Assembly: GCF_000150275.1 (NCBI RefSeq)
Contig: NW_002060959.1
Coordinates: 370,371 to 434,370, forward strand
From: Trichoplax adhaerens
Lineage: Eukaryota; Animalia; Placozoa
Length of the DNA stretch: 64,000 bases
Reading direction: 5' to 3'
This document shows, piece after piece, positions 36,378-50,207 of the stretch (the stretch's first letter is position 1; each line of letters opens with the position of its first letter). The position numbers and the translations under genes were made by a program. Under the pieces are notes generated by a model. It was not told the DNA's origin and searched no databases. It saw only the letters and a program-made list of their open reading frames with translations.

Positions 36378-39300
36378 ATGGTAAGATATCAGTAGATATA
36401 CTATATAGTTGAAGATTTGTGATCTGCTATTCCATTGTAATAAGTTAGTAAACATTTCTTTACAGGATTTCCGAAAGATCCTTAACATAACGGAATCGAA
36501 AAATCAAGATAATGATCAAAGTTCCCTTGAAAGGATTCAACAACTGAGGAGTCTCGGCGTTAGTGCATATCGTGATGGGAATTATAAGCAAGCAAGGCTA
36601 ATCTATATGCAAGCACTAGATATATCTTATAACATAACGAACAACGATACTGGACGAGATGGTTTACAATGCGATCTTTATCTCAATATTTCTGCTACCT
36701 ATCGAGAACAGCATCAGTTAACTCAAGCACGTGAAATAAGCGATCGGTCTAAGAAGATTGCTATTGAGCTAGAAGATCAAATTCGCCTGGCGTTGTGTTT
36801 AGATGATCTTGGTGAAATAAGTAGAATGCAAAAATTGTATAAGGAAGCATTTCAATGCTATGATGAATCTCTAAAATTGAAATCGGAAATATCCAATGGT
36901 GAGAATATGATGGTTGCGGATAGTTATTACGGCATAGGCAATGCCTATTTCGATCAATTCAAACTTAGCGATGCTCTATCTGTGTATAAAAAATGCCTCA
37001 ATATTCGATCAAATGTTTTAAATATTGAAAATCTAGACATTGCTGAGGTATTACATAGTATTGCTAGTATTTATGCGGCAGAGTTTAAATTCGAAGATGC
37101 GTTATCTTTGTATCAAAAAGTTATTGATATTCGATTGAAAGAGTTGGGCGATTGCAGCTTAAAAATAGCTTGTTCTTATGACAGTGTAGGACAAGTTTAC
37201 TTGAATCAATGTAAATATGATCAGGCATTATCTATATTTGAGAAATCTCGAAATATTCGTTTGAATATACTAGGGGGTCAAAGTATGGAAATGGCACAGT
37301 CCTATTGTAACGTGGGAAACATTTATACTGCTCTATGCAGATATAATGAAGCTTTAGTAATGTATAGGAAATCGCTCAATCTTAGACTGGAATTCCTTGG
37401 TAGTACTCACGTAGAGGTGGCCAATCTTTATTGCAATATTGGAAATGTTTTAATCCAACAGTTTGAATATCGTGAAGCCATATCTATGCATCAAAATGCA
37501 CTCACAATTCGACTGCAGTTACTGAATATCAATAGTATAGAAGTAGCTGATTCCTATAATCATATTGGAAGAATTTACTCAGAACAGTTGAAACATGAAG
37601 ATGCCTTATCTTATGCTCGAAAGTCTTATGATATCAAAGCAGATATTTTAGGAAACAATAATATTTATGTGGCCCAATCTCTTTATAGCATAGGAAATAT
37701 TTATAATCGCCAATCAGATTATTATAATGCTCATTTAATGTATCGAAAATCTCTAGATATACACTTACAATTATTCGAAAAGGACCATTTATTAATTGCA
37801 ACTTCATACAATAATATTGGTCATAATTTTTTGAGTCAATTTAAGTACGAAGAGGCTATAGAAATGTTTGAAAAAGCTTTGAAGATCCGATTGCAACTAT
37901 TAGGCGATAATAATCTACAAACTGCTCAATCATTTAACTACATAGGCCTTGTTTATACCAGACAATCTAAATATAATGAAGCCTTATTAATGTTTGAAAA
38001 GTCCTTAGCTGTCAAATTAGTTACGTTAGGACGTACCCATTTGGAAATTGCCGTTTCCTATGTCTATATAGGAAATATCTATTCATTACAATCGAGATAT
38101 GAAGGTGCCTTAGCCATGTATCAGAAGTCTTTAAATATCAGAACTGAATTATTAGGGAATAATAATTTGTTGGTGGCTGCATCTTATAATAGCATTGGAA
38201 TCATATTTTCTCATCAGAATAAATACGACGATGCTCTCATAATGCATAGGCAATCGTTAAAGATTAGATCGGAAATTTTAGGTAGTACAAACTCGAAAGT
38301 AGCGGAATCGTTAAATGATATTGGACTTATTTACTGCTATCAATCTAAATATGAAGATGCTTTATCAGCATATCAGAAAGCTTTAAAAATTCAATTAGAG
38401 GTATTACCTCAGGATAGCTTAGAAATAGCTACTACTTATAATCATATAGCAACGATCAACAATTTACAATCTAAGCATGAAAATGCACTTTTGATGTATG
38501 AAAAGTCTCTATACATTCGAGTAAAACTATTAGGAGAAAATAGTTTACAAGCAGCGGAATCATATAGCGATATTGGTAATGTTTACACAAATCAGTCTAA
38601 ATTTAATGAGGCCCTATCTATGTTCGAAAAATCGCTAGAAATCCGTTTGAAAATATTACCACGAGATCATTTAGATATCGCGATGTCTTATGCCAACATT
38701 GGAGTTATCTTTTCTCATCAATCAAAATATAACGAAGCCTCTGCTATGTATCAGAAATCTTTAGATATTCGACTAAAAGTATTAGGCGATACTAACATCC
38801 ATACAGCTTCTTCTTATGGAGATATTGCATTAATACATTGCTATCGATCACAATATGATAAAGCTCTAGCGACGTATCAGAAATCATTGGATATTTTAAA
38901 GAAAGTATTAGGCAATTATAATATCCATGTTGCTAATTCCCATCATAATATCGGTAATGTATATAAAAAGCAGCATAAGTATCAAGATGCACTGAGTAAC
39001 TATAATGAATCACTTACCATTCGTAAAAAGATATTAGGTGATAATCATGTGGATATTGTTGGCTCCTATACAAATATAGGGGATGTTTATTCGTTACAAG
39101 CGGATTACGACGAAGCTTTAACAATGTATAATAAAGCATTAACGATACAATTAGCTGTACTTGGAAGTGAAAATCTAGAAGTTGCAGTTTCATTCGAAAA
39201 CATCGGCGATGTTTTCTATCACCAGCACAGATATGCAGATGCATTGATAATGAGTAAAAAATGCTTAGCTGCTCGATTAAGCATTTTCGGCGAGAATAAT

Positions 39301-40345
39301 TTAGAAGTTGCAGATTGCTATAATAATATAGGCAAAATTTATTGTAGTCAAAAAAAATATGAAGAAGGATTGTCCATGTATCAGAAATCATTAAATATTC
39401 GTTTGGAAATTTCAGAAGAGAACAATTTGGATGTTGCTGATTCCTACAATCGGATTGGACAGGTATATTGTCACCAGCATAAATACGTTTATGCGCTGGA
39501 TATGTATCATAAATCACTTCAAGTTCGACTGGAAGTATTGGGAGAAGAAAATTTACAAGTTGCCAATGTACAGAATAAAATTGCTAATACCCACTTTCGC
39601 TTAGGCCAATTTAATGATGCCCTAAATATGTATCAGAAATCGCTTAATACACGAAAAAAGTTGTTAGAGGATTGCCATATAGAGATACTTAACTTATATA
39701 CTAATTTGGGTAGCGTTTACAGGAAATTATCTAAAGTTAAAGAGTCTATAGCAATGTATGAGAATGTTCTCAAAATCCAAATTAAACTATATAAACGGAA
39801 AGATTCCAGGATTTCTAATACTCAGGAGATTTTAGCGAGATTGAAGCAGAAGCAAAATACTTCTTCATTTCCGCTTGGCCAGTTATCCTCTATAATCCGA
39901 TATAATATCGGACAACGTTGCACTAGTCAACCTCAAACCTCAACTGTTCAAATCGAGTCTGCAATTAAATCACAAGGTTTAATTTCCATTTTATAAAGTA
40001 GTGAGATGATTGTCCAGACTAAACGATAAAGGATAAAACTGTAGACCTATTTGCTTTATAGCTTTATAATAATTTTATATTTCTCATTTTTAAATTTCTG
40101 TAAGCAGAATGTACGACGGAACTACACAACGAAAGATGCCAAGCAGAAGAGAACACTCTGAGTAATGCTAGCTTTGATCTCTAATTAATTTATTGATCTA
40201 TTTAATTGGCATAATTTCAAACATTAAGATCAAATACTAGCAAAATGTGGATTTATGATAAAGGCTATAATTGTAATAGATTGTATTAAATTCCATTTCA
40301 CTTATAGATAATAATGGTATACCGGCTTATAATCCTGGAAGAATG
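36378..40345 (+). CDS. TPR protein 2 (longest array); exons 36378-36380 (ATG only), 36466-39976, 40108-40161, 40308-40345; last exon unresolved
   Basis: ATG|GTAAGA donor and TTTCTTTACAG acceptor are in frame; the track start at 36409 is TTG inside this intron. Long 42-aa TPR array. Tail exon with CQAEE (SQAED in TPR1) and a 38-nt phase 1-0 exon, as in the paralogs. Confidence 0.8.
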
Positions 40346-40417
40346 GTAAGAATTATTCAGGATTTTCCTATAGAAATGCTTTTGGTAATAAACAAAATTG
40401 TATACTAGTGAACTAAT

Positions 40418-40866
40418 TAGGCATAAAATTAAAGAGCTGAAAATTACGGCTTTACATATCGATGCCCCTTTATGAATGCTAGCGTAAATATAGTCCGGTA
40501 TAGATCAAATTTCACGATTGTAAAGATTGATTACGATATCGCATATCAAATATGCAATATTATTATTAATTATCATTATCATTATGTGTTGACTACTTAC
40601 CATCATACCATTTTATTGCATCAAAAATTAGCAACAAATCGATTATAGGCATAAAACTAAATTATCGTAGATTATAGCTCTGTATATCCATATCTCATAT
40701 ATAATGAAGGCTAGCACAAATACATACCCGTACGGATCAAGTTTAATGATTGTAGAAATAGATTACTATATCGCCAAATCAAATTTGCAATATTATTATC
40801 ATTATCACTATGAGTTTTCTCCATAGCAGCATCTTATTGCACCCAAAAGTAGTAATAAATCGATTT
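40418..40866. repeat. Tandem duplication with period about 228 bp, downstream of TPR2
   Basis: TAGGCATAAAA...GATCAA...GATTAC.ATATCGC..ATCAAAT.TGCAATATTATTAT...TTATTGCA..AATCGATT occurs at 40418 and 40646. Confidence 0.85.
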
Positions 40867-43800
40867 CTGTAGTTGGTGTTGTATGCAAAGAACTATTCAG
40901 ACTTAATTAAAGATTTCATCGAGAACGCAATTTAATTTTTTAAACATTGACTATAGATGCAGTAAAATCTTTATAAAAATTGGATGCTGGGATCATTGTA
41001 AATATATATTATCTCATAATGTCCTGCACGTCCTTGCTGCTGCCAGAGAAGAACAGGGATGTGTGCCGTTTCTAAGTCTGAAAAATTTTACCTTTCTATC
41101 TTAATCATTCGTATCATAACTATTTAGGGATTAGTGTTATCTACTAGTTTACAGTAAAAAATCTTTAATCATATATACTAAAGCACCCTAAAAAACTAAT
41201 TTCTCACTGAAACGTATCATGTTAATCTCTGATGACTACGGTCCTGAATCTGCACCTGTCAATTTATGGAATCTTCCTTATATCTTATTTTGATTTAGTT
41301 ACTATTATAGGAATGTGTCTTTTTAGTTTGCTCCTTATTGAACTCAATACATACTGCTGATCTAATTGTGAGTTTCATTTCATGAAATATAGAAAAATAG
41401 AAAAACGCGAGAATCAAGATTATGTATAATGCAATAGGTAAAAAAATATTTCAACATTCTAGCAAATTAGTTGATGTAAGTTTCAATCCTGCAAGATTTT
41501 TCAATATATCTTAGTTGAATGTAATTGTTAATATTAAATTTAACAATATTTATAACTTAGAGTTCTGATCTCCAAATGCAAAAGCAATCAATACTTAGCC
41601 GTCAATTTCAAATGGCCAAGACTAATTATTTTGTTATAATCTTGCAATATGGGTTCATAACGATGGTTTAGTTTATAACAAACAAATTTTGTATTATACT
41701 ATATCAATATTAGACGTTAGATACGAAAATCAATTGATTAGGAACAATTTCTATACTTGAGTTTTAATTCTTATAGTAATAAAATTGATAATTTGACGAA
41801 ATGTGCACTAATTGATAAAGTTGCAATTTCAAGAGCATTATTTCCTAAAAACGATTCAAATTTTATTCTGACTAAGTTACTTGGGATACTCAAATATGAT
41901 TCAAGTGTAGCCTAAAGATACAATAACTGATTTCTGAATTTAGATATAAAAATTTTCAGATTCTAAATTATTAGCCGAGTAACCATCAACGTATTTATAA
42001 ACTAATATCTTAGTATTTTCAATATAATCCCATATTTGTTACAAATTTCCATAAATGAAATACAAATTTGGATACATGTTAAAAGACTTAGTTTCTAATT
42101 AAGGATTTTGTAAAAGTTATTATATTCTCTTTTTATTGAAACCTTTAAAGAAATATTGAAGTTGTTCTCTTTTAATTATTATAATAAAAGATATTATACT
42201 GATATCGTACTCGTTAATATTTAATTTATCGCGGAAAGACGACATAAAGGATGCAGTATTTGAAATAAGAACGTTACATATATTATTGAAAATTAGATTT
42301 GCCTCAATTAATAATTCCGTCACTAAGGTGATACTAACTGATCCAGTTGCCTAATTAAGTTAATTAGGCTAATTTGGTATTTTTGTGATGAAAGCTGTTC
42401 ATTTATGCACCTATTTATTAGTTTAAACAAGTCAATTCTAATAGAATGACGAAGAATAAGTTCTATGGAATATTGCCATTTTTCCTCGAACGAAAATAAA
42501 TGCAGTATAGTTCCGTTTGTTAGGTTTTTAGATAGTAGTATGTAGATATCATGGTAGTAGTAGCGAATTCTTCCTGACTTTTACCTAGAAGTTGGGTTGA
42601 AGCCTATGACAATAGCCAACTTAGCTTCTTTATATTCGTTTAATTTAGTTGTTGTTAGGAATAAAGACGATATATAACAAAACTACTACTCAATTTTTTC
42701 AATCCAGAATTGTTACAACTGTTATTGCAACACAGCCACTCTTCACTTAACTCATATTATAGCATGTAATAGTGCTAATTAAGATTTTAACTATGCTGCT
42801 ATATATCTTGCTAGAGGTCTATGCAACTCATCTTAATGGCAGGAAAGGAAACTCAAGCAAAATGTGAATTAAGGTATAAATAAAAATAATTCAAGGTCTA
42901 CTGTATCATCATGTGGTATACGGCCTTAAATATAAGTTTAGATGCAATTAGTCTAATTTTTTTTATAGTAATAAATGGAAAAAATATTAATATTCTTCAA
43001 AGTATACTTTTTGTAATAATTTAGGTAAATTTGCTGGCAAATAATGGCATCAAAACTCAACTTTACTATCGTATTTTTTGTAATCAATAACGTTGTAAAA
43101 TTAAAACTGTGCTACATGAATAGATGGAAATACATTAGTATTTTTATTTATCGCTGTACGTATAATATAGGATTCAGAAAACTATTTAAATATCGCAAGA
43201 ATCGAAATAGAATGATATCGTATTTGATGTTTTTGAGAAATAACCTGCTTAGGAAGAAAACTGAAAAGATATTTCTGAGCAGCAGCAAATGAACAAATAA
43301 TCTATTGGTAGATAGTTCAATATGTATAGTGATGATTTTCTTAACAATATGGGATTGCAATCCTCCTTAGAAGGTGAGATATTTAAACGTACAATAAAAG
43401 GTTCAGTGATGAGTATGTATTCGCCGCTGTCAGAAAGAAATTAGATCTCGATCCTTTATAAAATATTGATTGATATCTGTTCTTTGAATAGGTTAAAAAT
43501 GTCAACAGAAACTGATACTTATTGTTGTCATTCATTTTATATTACTTTATTCCATTATAAATAATTACGCCGTTAAAGGTGAATTATTAATAATCTCTTA
43601 CGGTAACGGAAAGAAATAGCATAATTATTTAGCTGTATAGAACTACTTTAATTTATATTGATACTCGATTAGTATATACCTTATATATAGATTCCGGTTA
43701 TAAGGATATCAATCCCATTTAGAATTATAATTTGAAAATATAGCGTATTGTGCTAGTATACATACAGCGCTTATAATAATATTGAACATTTAGTTCGTAT

Positions 43801-46496
43801 ATTGACTTGGCATTTCACTGGTTTATAACAATTAGGGACTATGGAAGCTATTTTGATCATGTCACTTTCGATATCTTAAGACCATATTTTTAATTAAGCT
43901 CTAGTTGAAATTAAAATTTAATCGTACTAAAATTGCAATGCGATTTGATAAATATAAGTAAAACCAATTAATCAATCAAGCAGCCAATCAATCGATACTG
44001 CTTTTAAATATAAAATTGTTCAGATTTTTAAGAATTTCCCATATTTCTATGATATTTGAATTCTATCCATTGATTAGATACTTTCAATTTTCAATTTGTA
44101 CTGAAAATTTAGGGAGGGTTTTTAGGAACATGCTAAAAGAATAGCTAGCACTTGCTGCAATTTAAATTTCTATTTGCTAGAATTCATTATCATCCATATA
44201 TAAAAGATTTTGTTCTATTGTTATAATACATTAAATGAGAACATACCCGATATTGTAGAAATAAGGGAATATCTACAACAATATCGATTTAATGCCGTTA
44301 TGATTTAGAAGAAAAATAACAACTGGAGTAAACTAAACAATTTTTTAGTTCTCCTTTTTATATATTCCAATAATGTAAAATTACTACGTGTATATTATTA
44401 TTAGAAATGTGTAGAATATTTAAGAATTTTAGCGGATTAATAATCTATCCATTTCATACCTCATTTTTGCGATGAATTTATTTAACTTTATTTTGACTAA
44501 TTAATTATCAGTTCTGTAATTGGTATTCAAAAAGACTATCCTATTCCTAATTTATGAATGATATAAGGTCATAACAAGCAGGCTAACATTTGTTTTGCAT
44601 TTGAATCATTGTGTGTAGGTATACAAAGTCTTATATAGCACAATAATATTGTTATGTAGATGATAATAACCAAAGTACGTAATTAGTGATAGTTTCAGTT
44701 CAAATGACGCTATTAAAACTATGGTGCAAAATTATCTATTGAATTATTTTATTCGGCTACAGTCAGATTAAACTTCATCCTATTGCTAAGCTTCATATAG
44801 CTACATATTTTAACAAACATCTATCTATAAGATATTAGACATGCATAAGATAGGCAAGTATTCTAAAGGTGTAACAATGTGTTCAATTACTATTTCATTC
44901 TAAATACGTAATAAATTACTGTGAACACGAACGAAAATATCTGATATTTAAGGCTAATAAATATTTATTTGTTTTTAAAAGCTATAATGTAAGTTCTAAT
45001 GTTTTTACAGGAATCGAATAATTGTGTAAAACACTATTATTCTGTTTTAATAATGTTACATAAAGTATTAAAGGTATTTTATGTATAGATATAAAATATT
45101 AATTGATTTGATAATTCTATTAAGTAATAAACTAGAATAAGAATAATTGTCTATAATCCATGGAAAGATCAATAGGGAAAACTGTCACGAAACTATTATG
45201 TTTAGGTCATAACAAACTTACGAATAAATTTATCCTTCTGATTGGCATTACTTAAAATAAACAATTGTTTAGGTGAAATAACTGTACATGGAAGCAATTT
45301 ATTGCTAGTTATCTTTTAGACTTAAAATTAAAATGGCCCTTTATTATTACTATTTGGGTGGAGGGACAACGTTCCAATTTCTTTGATACATTTAAATCTA
45401 CTCTGAGAGCCATTATTTCATATAGTAAATTATTAAGTTTATAGGTTTATAAAAAACATACTTAGCAATATTTTTATCGGATCTTATTCAATCTGAATCA
45501 GAATGCTGACGATGAAATGGCAATAATTCAATTACTACCTTTCAGCGATTTACATGAAAAAAGACTTAATCCTATGTAATCTATACTGTAACGGAATGTT
45601 TAATTCTTCAACACAGTCGTATATTTAAACCCTAGGTAAAATATGTACTGTGTTATTGACTTTGTGTAGTCTTACTATAGTTATGACGTCCAAAGGCAGA
45701 AACTTCCTGCTCATTAGTTACAATGTCGTTATGAATGGAAAATGATTGTCTTTTCGTTATTTTAGGTATTTACAATTATCGTCATGGTAATCTCATCTTA
45801 ATTCGCCACTTTATAGACGTTAATATTTATTTTTATAAAGTATTGTTCCAGGTGTTAATTATGCTCTGATGAATAATTTATATGAGGTAGAAATAATTAC
45901 TTTCATCCTTTGCCTGGTGTATATATATATCTTCTAAAGAAATGAAAGTTTGCCATATGCAGTTTGCATTAAAAGATGAAAGTTAGGACTTACATTCTAT
46001 GCTAATATAAGTTGCAATTCCTAATTTCAATCTGTGAAATAACTGAAAGTCACATTGCAATGTTGGTGGTGTAAGTATTAATATCCATATCCACAGAATA
46101 CTATTTCGTTATCCTATCTATTACCTGGTTTGGGTTGTTCTACAAAAGTCAACAGAATTAATCTTAGAAAAGATTTCAACAAATTTGATTGCAAAATTAT
46201 CAGCATCACCAACTTTAAACTTGAAATTTACTCTCAAAGTCAACTGAAATTCATTTCATACATTGATTCTATGTACTTGTGCAAGTGATTATCAAAATTC
46301 GCATCATTATTTTAATAGAATAATTTTTATTTAGTCTATATCTCTATAAATGTTTTAAGATTTATTTTTGTTAATTGCGTTATCGAAACTACTATTCGAT
46401 ATCACTTACTATCGCTTGATATTTCATTCGCGTGTCGCCAACATAAACCAGTTGAGATTCTATTCAGCTAAGTAATCGACCAATCTAAGGAAGAAT

Positions 46497-49400
46497 ATGG
46501 ACACAACTCTAGAGTCGGTAAAGGATGAGATTCATTCTTTTTGTCTAAAAGGTCATCAGGCTTTTAGTCAGGGATGTCATCATCAAGCTAGATCACATTA
46601 CATGGAAGCAATGGAAACAGTAAATGGTTTAGATAGCGAAAGCATTGATCAAGATCGACTACTATGTGATTTGTACATCAATATATCATCAACTTTCCGA
46701 GAGCAACATCAATTAGTTCAGGCACTAAAATATTGCGATCTGGCAGTCAAATTAGCAGAAAGAATGGACGATCAAATCCGATTAGCAAGGTGTTTCGATA
46801 GTTTAGGCAGTATCAATAGAAAAAATGGAGTGTATGAAGAAGCATTAGCCCACTATGATAAATCGCTTGTTATAAAATTAGAAATTGTCAGTGAGCATAG
46901 CTTAGATGTTGCTGATACCTTTCATGGAATAGGAGAAGTTTTCTTCATCCAATCTAAATTTAAAGATGCTTTATCTATGTATAAGAAATGCTTAGCAATC
47001 CGATTAGATCTACTGGAAAAGGATCATTTATTTGTAGCTGAAGCTTACCAATCTATCGCTAATGTCTATGCTATACAGTATGAATACGAATACGAAGATG
47101 CTCTTTCTCTATATCAGTTATCTCTTGATATTCGATTGAAAATGTACAAAAATAATAATTTACTCATTGTTCAATCTTATAACAGTATTGGTCTACTTCA
47201 TTTCTATAAATACAATTATGAATATGCTTTAGCGATGTTTAAGAAATCTCTCAGTATCATTAACGAATTATCCATGAGCAATAATATCAATAGTACTCCT
47301 ATCTATGATAATTTGGGTAATTTATACTTTCATCAGGGCAAAATTAAAGAGGCATTATCTCTATTAGAAAAATCACTCCAGATTAAGATTGAAAATCTAG
47401 GCAATAATAATTTAAGTATAGCAATTACTTACAATTACATTGGAAATATTTATCATTATCAATTAAAACACAGCGACGCTATATCAATGTTTCAAAAATC
47501 GCTTAAAATTAAACAAGAAATCTTAGGAAATAGTAATATTGAAATAGTAAAGTCATTGGATGGCATCGGTAACGTCTATTTGTATCAATTTAAATATAAA
47601 GAAGCACTCTCTATGTATCAAAAATCGCTAAAAGTTACTTTGGAATTATTAGGAAGTAATACTTTAGGTAGTGCAAGATCCTATGCCAATGTTGGACTTG
47701 CTTATTTTGCACTATCCAAGCGCGCTGATGCTTTATTAATGTATCAAAAATCTCAAGATATTTTATTGGAAGTTTTAGGAAATGACAATATCCATATGGC
47801 ATATTCCTATTTATGCTTGGGACTCGTTTATTATCAGCAGTTACAGTATCATTCTGCTCTATCGATGTTTGAAAAATCATTAAAAATACATATAGAAATT
47901 TCAGGTCATGATGCATTAGAGGCAGCTTCTATGTATTATTTTATCGGACGTCTCTCTATCGATCAACAAAAGTATCAAGAAGCTATTTCAATGTATCAAA
48001 AATGTTTACACATAAGATTAGAAAAACTGGGAAATAATCGATCAGAAATTGCTGATATTTATTATGCTCTCGGTTTAATCTATTTCCAACAATTGAAATA
48101 TAAAGATGCTCTATTTATGTATAAGAAATCATTAAATATTCGCTTAGGAATAGTAGATAATAAAAAATCTCCAAGCGATGAAGTAAATAATAAAATAGGT
48201 ATCACCTACCAGCATCGTACTAAATACCAAGAAGCTCAATTATTGTATCAGGAATCTCTCAACGAAGGATTCGAAATTTTAGGAGATTATCGTTTAGGAG
48301 TTTCTTCTCTCTATTATGATATTGGACTCATCCATACCAAACAGTTTCAATATCAAGATGGCTTGAATATGTTTCGAAAATCGTTAGCAATTCAAATTGA
48401 AGTATTAGGAACCGATAATCTAAATAATACTAAGCTACAAGAAATAATGGGGCTATTATATAAATATCAGTTTTCATATGAAGAGGCTTTGCATATGTAT
48501 CAAAGTGCTTTCCATATTAGATCAAAACTGTTGGGTAATAACAGTTTAGACGTAGCTAAAAATTATCTAAATATTGGAAAACTACACTGTGATAACTTTA
48601 GATATCTAGATGCTTTAACCGCATTTGAAAAATGCCTCCAAATTCAACAGCAACTACTAGAAGATAATCACATCGATATTGCCAATACTTTTAATTATAT
48701 TGGGAGAATCTATAAGTATTTACTGAAAAGTAAAGAATCTTTGAAGTACTATGAGAAAGCTCTAGACATAGCGTTAGATACAGCAGGTAGTAAAAATCTT
48801 CATGTTGCTGAATCGTATCATGGACTGGCAGATGGATATTTTATGCAACATAAATTTAAGGATGCATTATCTAATTATACAGAAGCTCTCAACATTCGGC
48901 TAGAAATAGTTGGAAATCAAGATTTAGCGGTAGCTCAGTCGTATTATGCTATCGCTAACATTCATTTTTATCGATCCAAGTATAGGGATGCCCTCTCCAT
49001 GTACCATAAATCTCTAGATATTGTAACTAAAACTTTAGGAACTAACAATTTAACTGCTACCATCATTTATAATGGTCTTGGAAATGTATACGCTAGACAG
49101 TCAAAATATGAAGTTGCTATATCAATGTACCAGAAATCGATCAAAATTGGAATAAAATTAATGGGATATAATTATAACTTGATTCTAGCTAATTCATATC
49201 ATAATCTTGGATTAGCTTACGAAGATCAAAGCAAATATGCTGATGCTTCTTTGATGTATCAAAAATCTCTCGATATTCAACTACAAATATTTGAAATCAA
49301 TCACCCAAATGTTCGCGAAACAAATGATATCATTTCTAGTTTAAATCGCAAACTGATGCAACCCAATTCCTCAGCTAGTGTAAGCCAAATATCAGTTAAA

Positions 49401-50207
49401 ATTCGAAACAGAGTTCGGCAGCGTGGTTCAATCTACCTCTATTTATCTGGTGTTCCGGCCTATCCAGCAAAAGGTTCAGGAAAATAGAAATTGTTAAGAT
49501 TGATTTATTAAGTAGCATTTATCACCAAATCTTTTTTCGAGTGACTGTAATTCTTATGATCTATATTCGTTTAATCTTTGCTTTTACTGATCATGCCAGC
49601 CGACAAAGCCGTAATCTTACCCAATTCCGAAAGAATTTGCGATCGCAATAGTTTTAATATGGCAGGTGAGTAAATCAATAATACATATTTAAGTTTTAAA
49701 ATTACAATTTATTAGAAATTCAATTAATGATATCCCTGAAATAGGTTAAAGAGTTTAACTTTACCACTGCAATAGATATATACTTTTTGAAAATTATTAA
49801 GCAATCTTTTTCCGTTTCGTGTGTACAATGTAGATGAAAAGCAGTCAGCGGCTGATCATGGTTCAGGATTGGTTAGAAATCTATATCTAAGCTTCATTTA
49901 CTTATTTTTAGTTAGACTATATGCAACTGTTGATTTAAAGCGATTAATGGCAATCGGATGGTAGTGTAGTAGCCTTTTAAAATAGTTGCCATATAACCAA
50001 AAATTGGTTATAGACGATTAAAATAAGCTCAAATGCCAGTTGTTTAGATTATTATTTTTATCTTACTATAATTTTGCAACTATAAGATAATGATCTTGGC
50101 AATTTATAAAATTAATCGCTACTTCTTCAGATAACACACATCGATTTTCTTTTGTTAATTAGAATGTTGATATCAGAACAAAAACCAGAATGTGTATGAT
50201 TCAATAG
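46497..50207 (+). CDS. TPR protein 3 with spliced CaaX tail; exons 46497-49473, 49600-49665, 49834-49871, 50163-50207
   Basis: 996-aa TPR ORF. Tail exons encode ADKAVILPNSERICDRNSFNMA / DEKQSAADHGSGL / NVDIRTKTRMCMIQ*. Strong CAG|GTGAGT donor at 49665. The 38- and 45-nt exons match TPR1. Confidence 0.85.

Noticed and set aside
40985-41080. GC-richer island that reads LWQQQGRAGH (helicase motif VI-like) or GTHPCSSLAAARTC (COLFI-like) on the minus strand
   Set aside because: Two incompatible short matches in different frames; cannot be resolved without a search.
6837-47916. Short ORFs overlapping or antisense to the TPR and GPCR genes (6837, 7178, 8613, 16530, 39014, 47635)
   Set aside because: Shadow frames of real CDSs with no independent motifs; the 16530 'GPYFH' repeat is just the antisense of the GNM repeat.
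6065-49487. Identical 996-codon ORF length of TPR1 and TPR3 as a sign of recent duplication
   Set aside because: The proteins are strongly diverged with indels, and both ORF ends run into introns; the equal length reflects similar repeat number plus chance.
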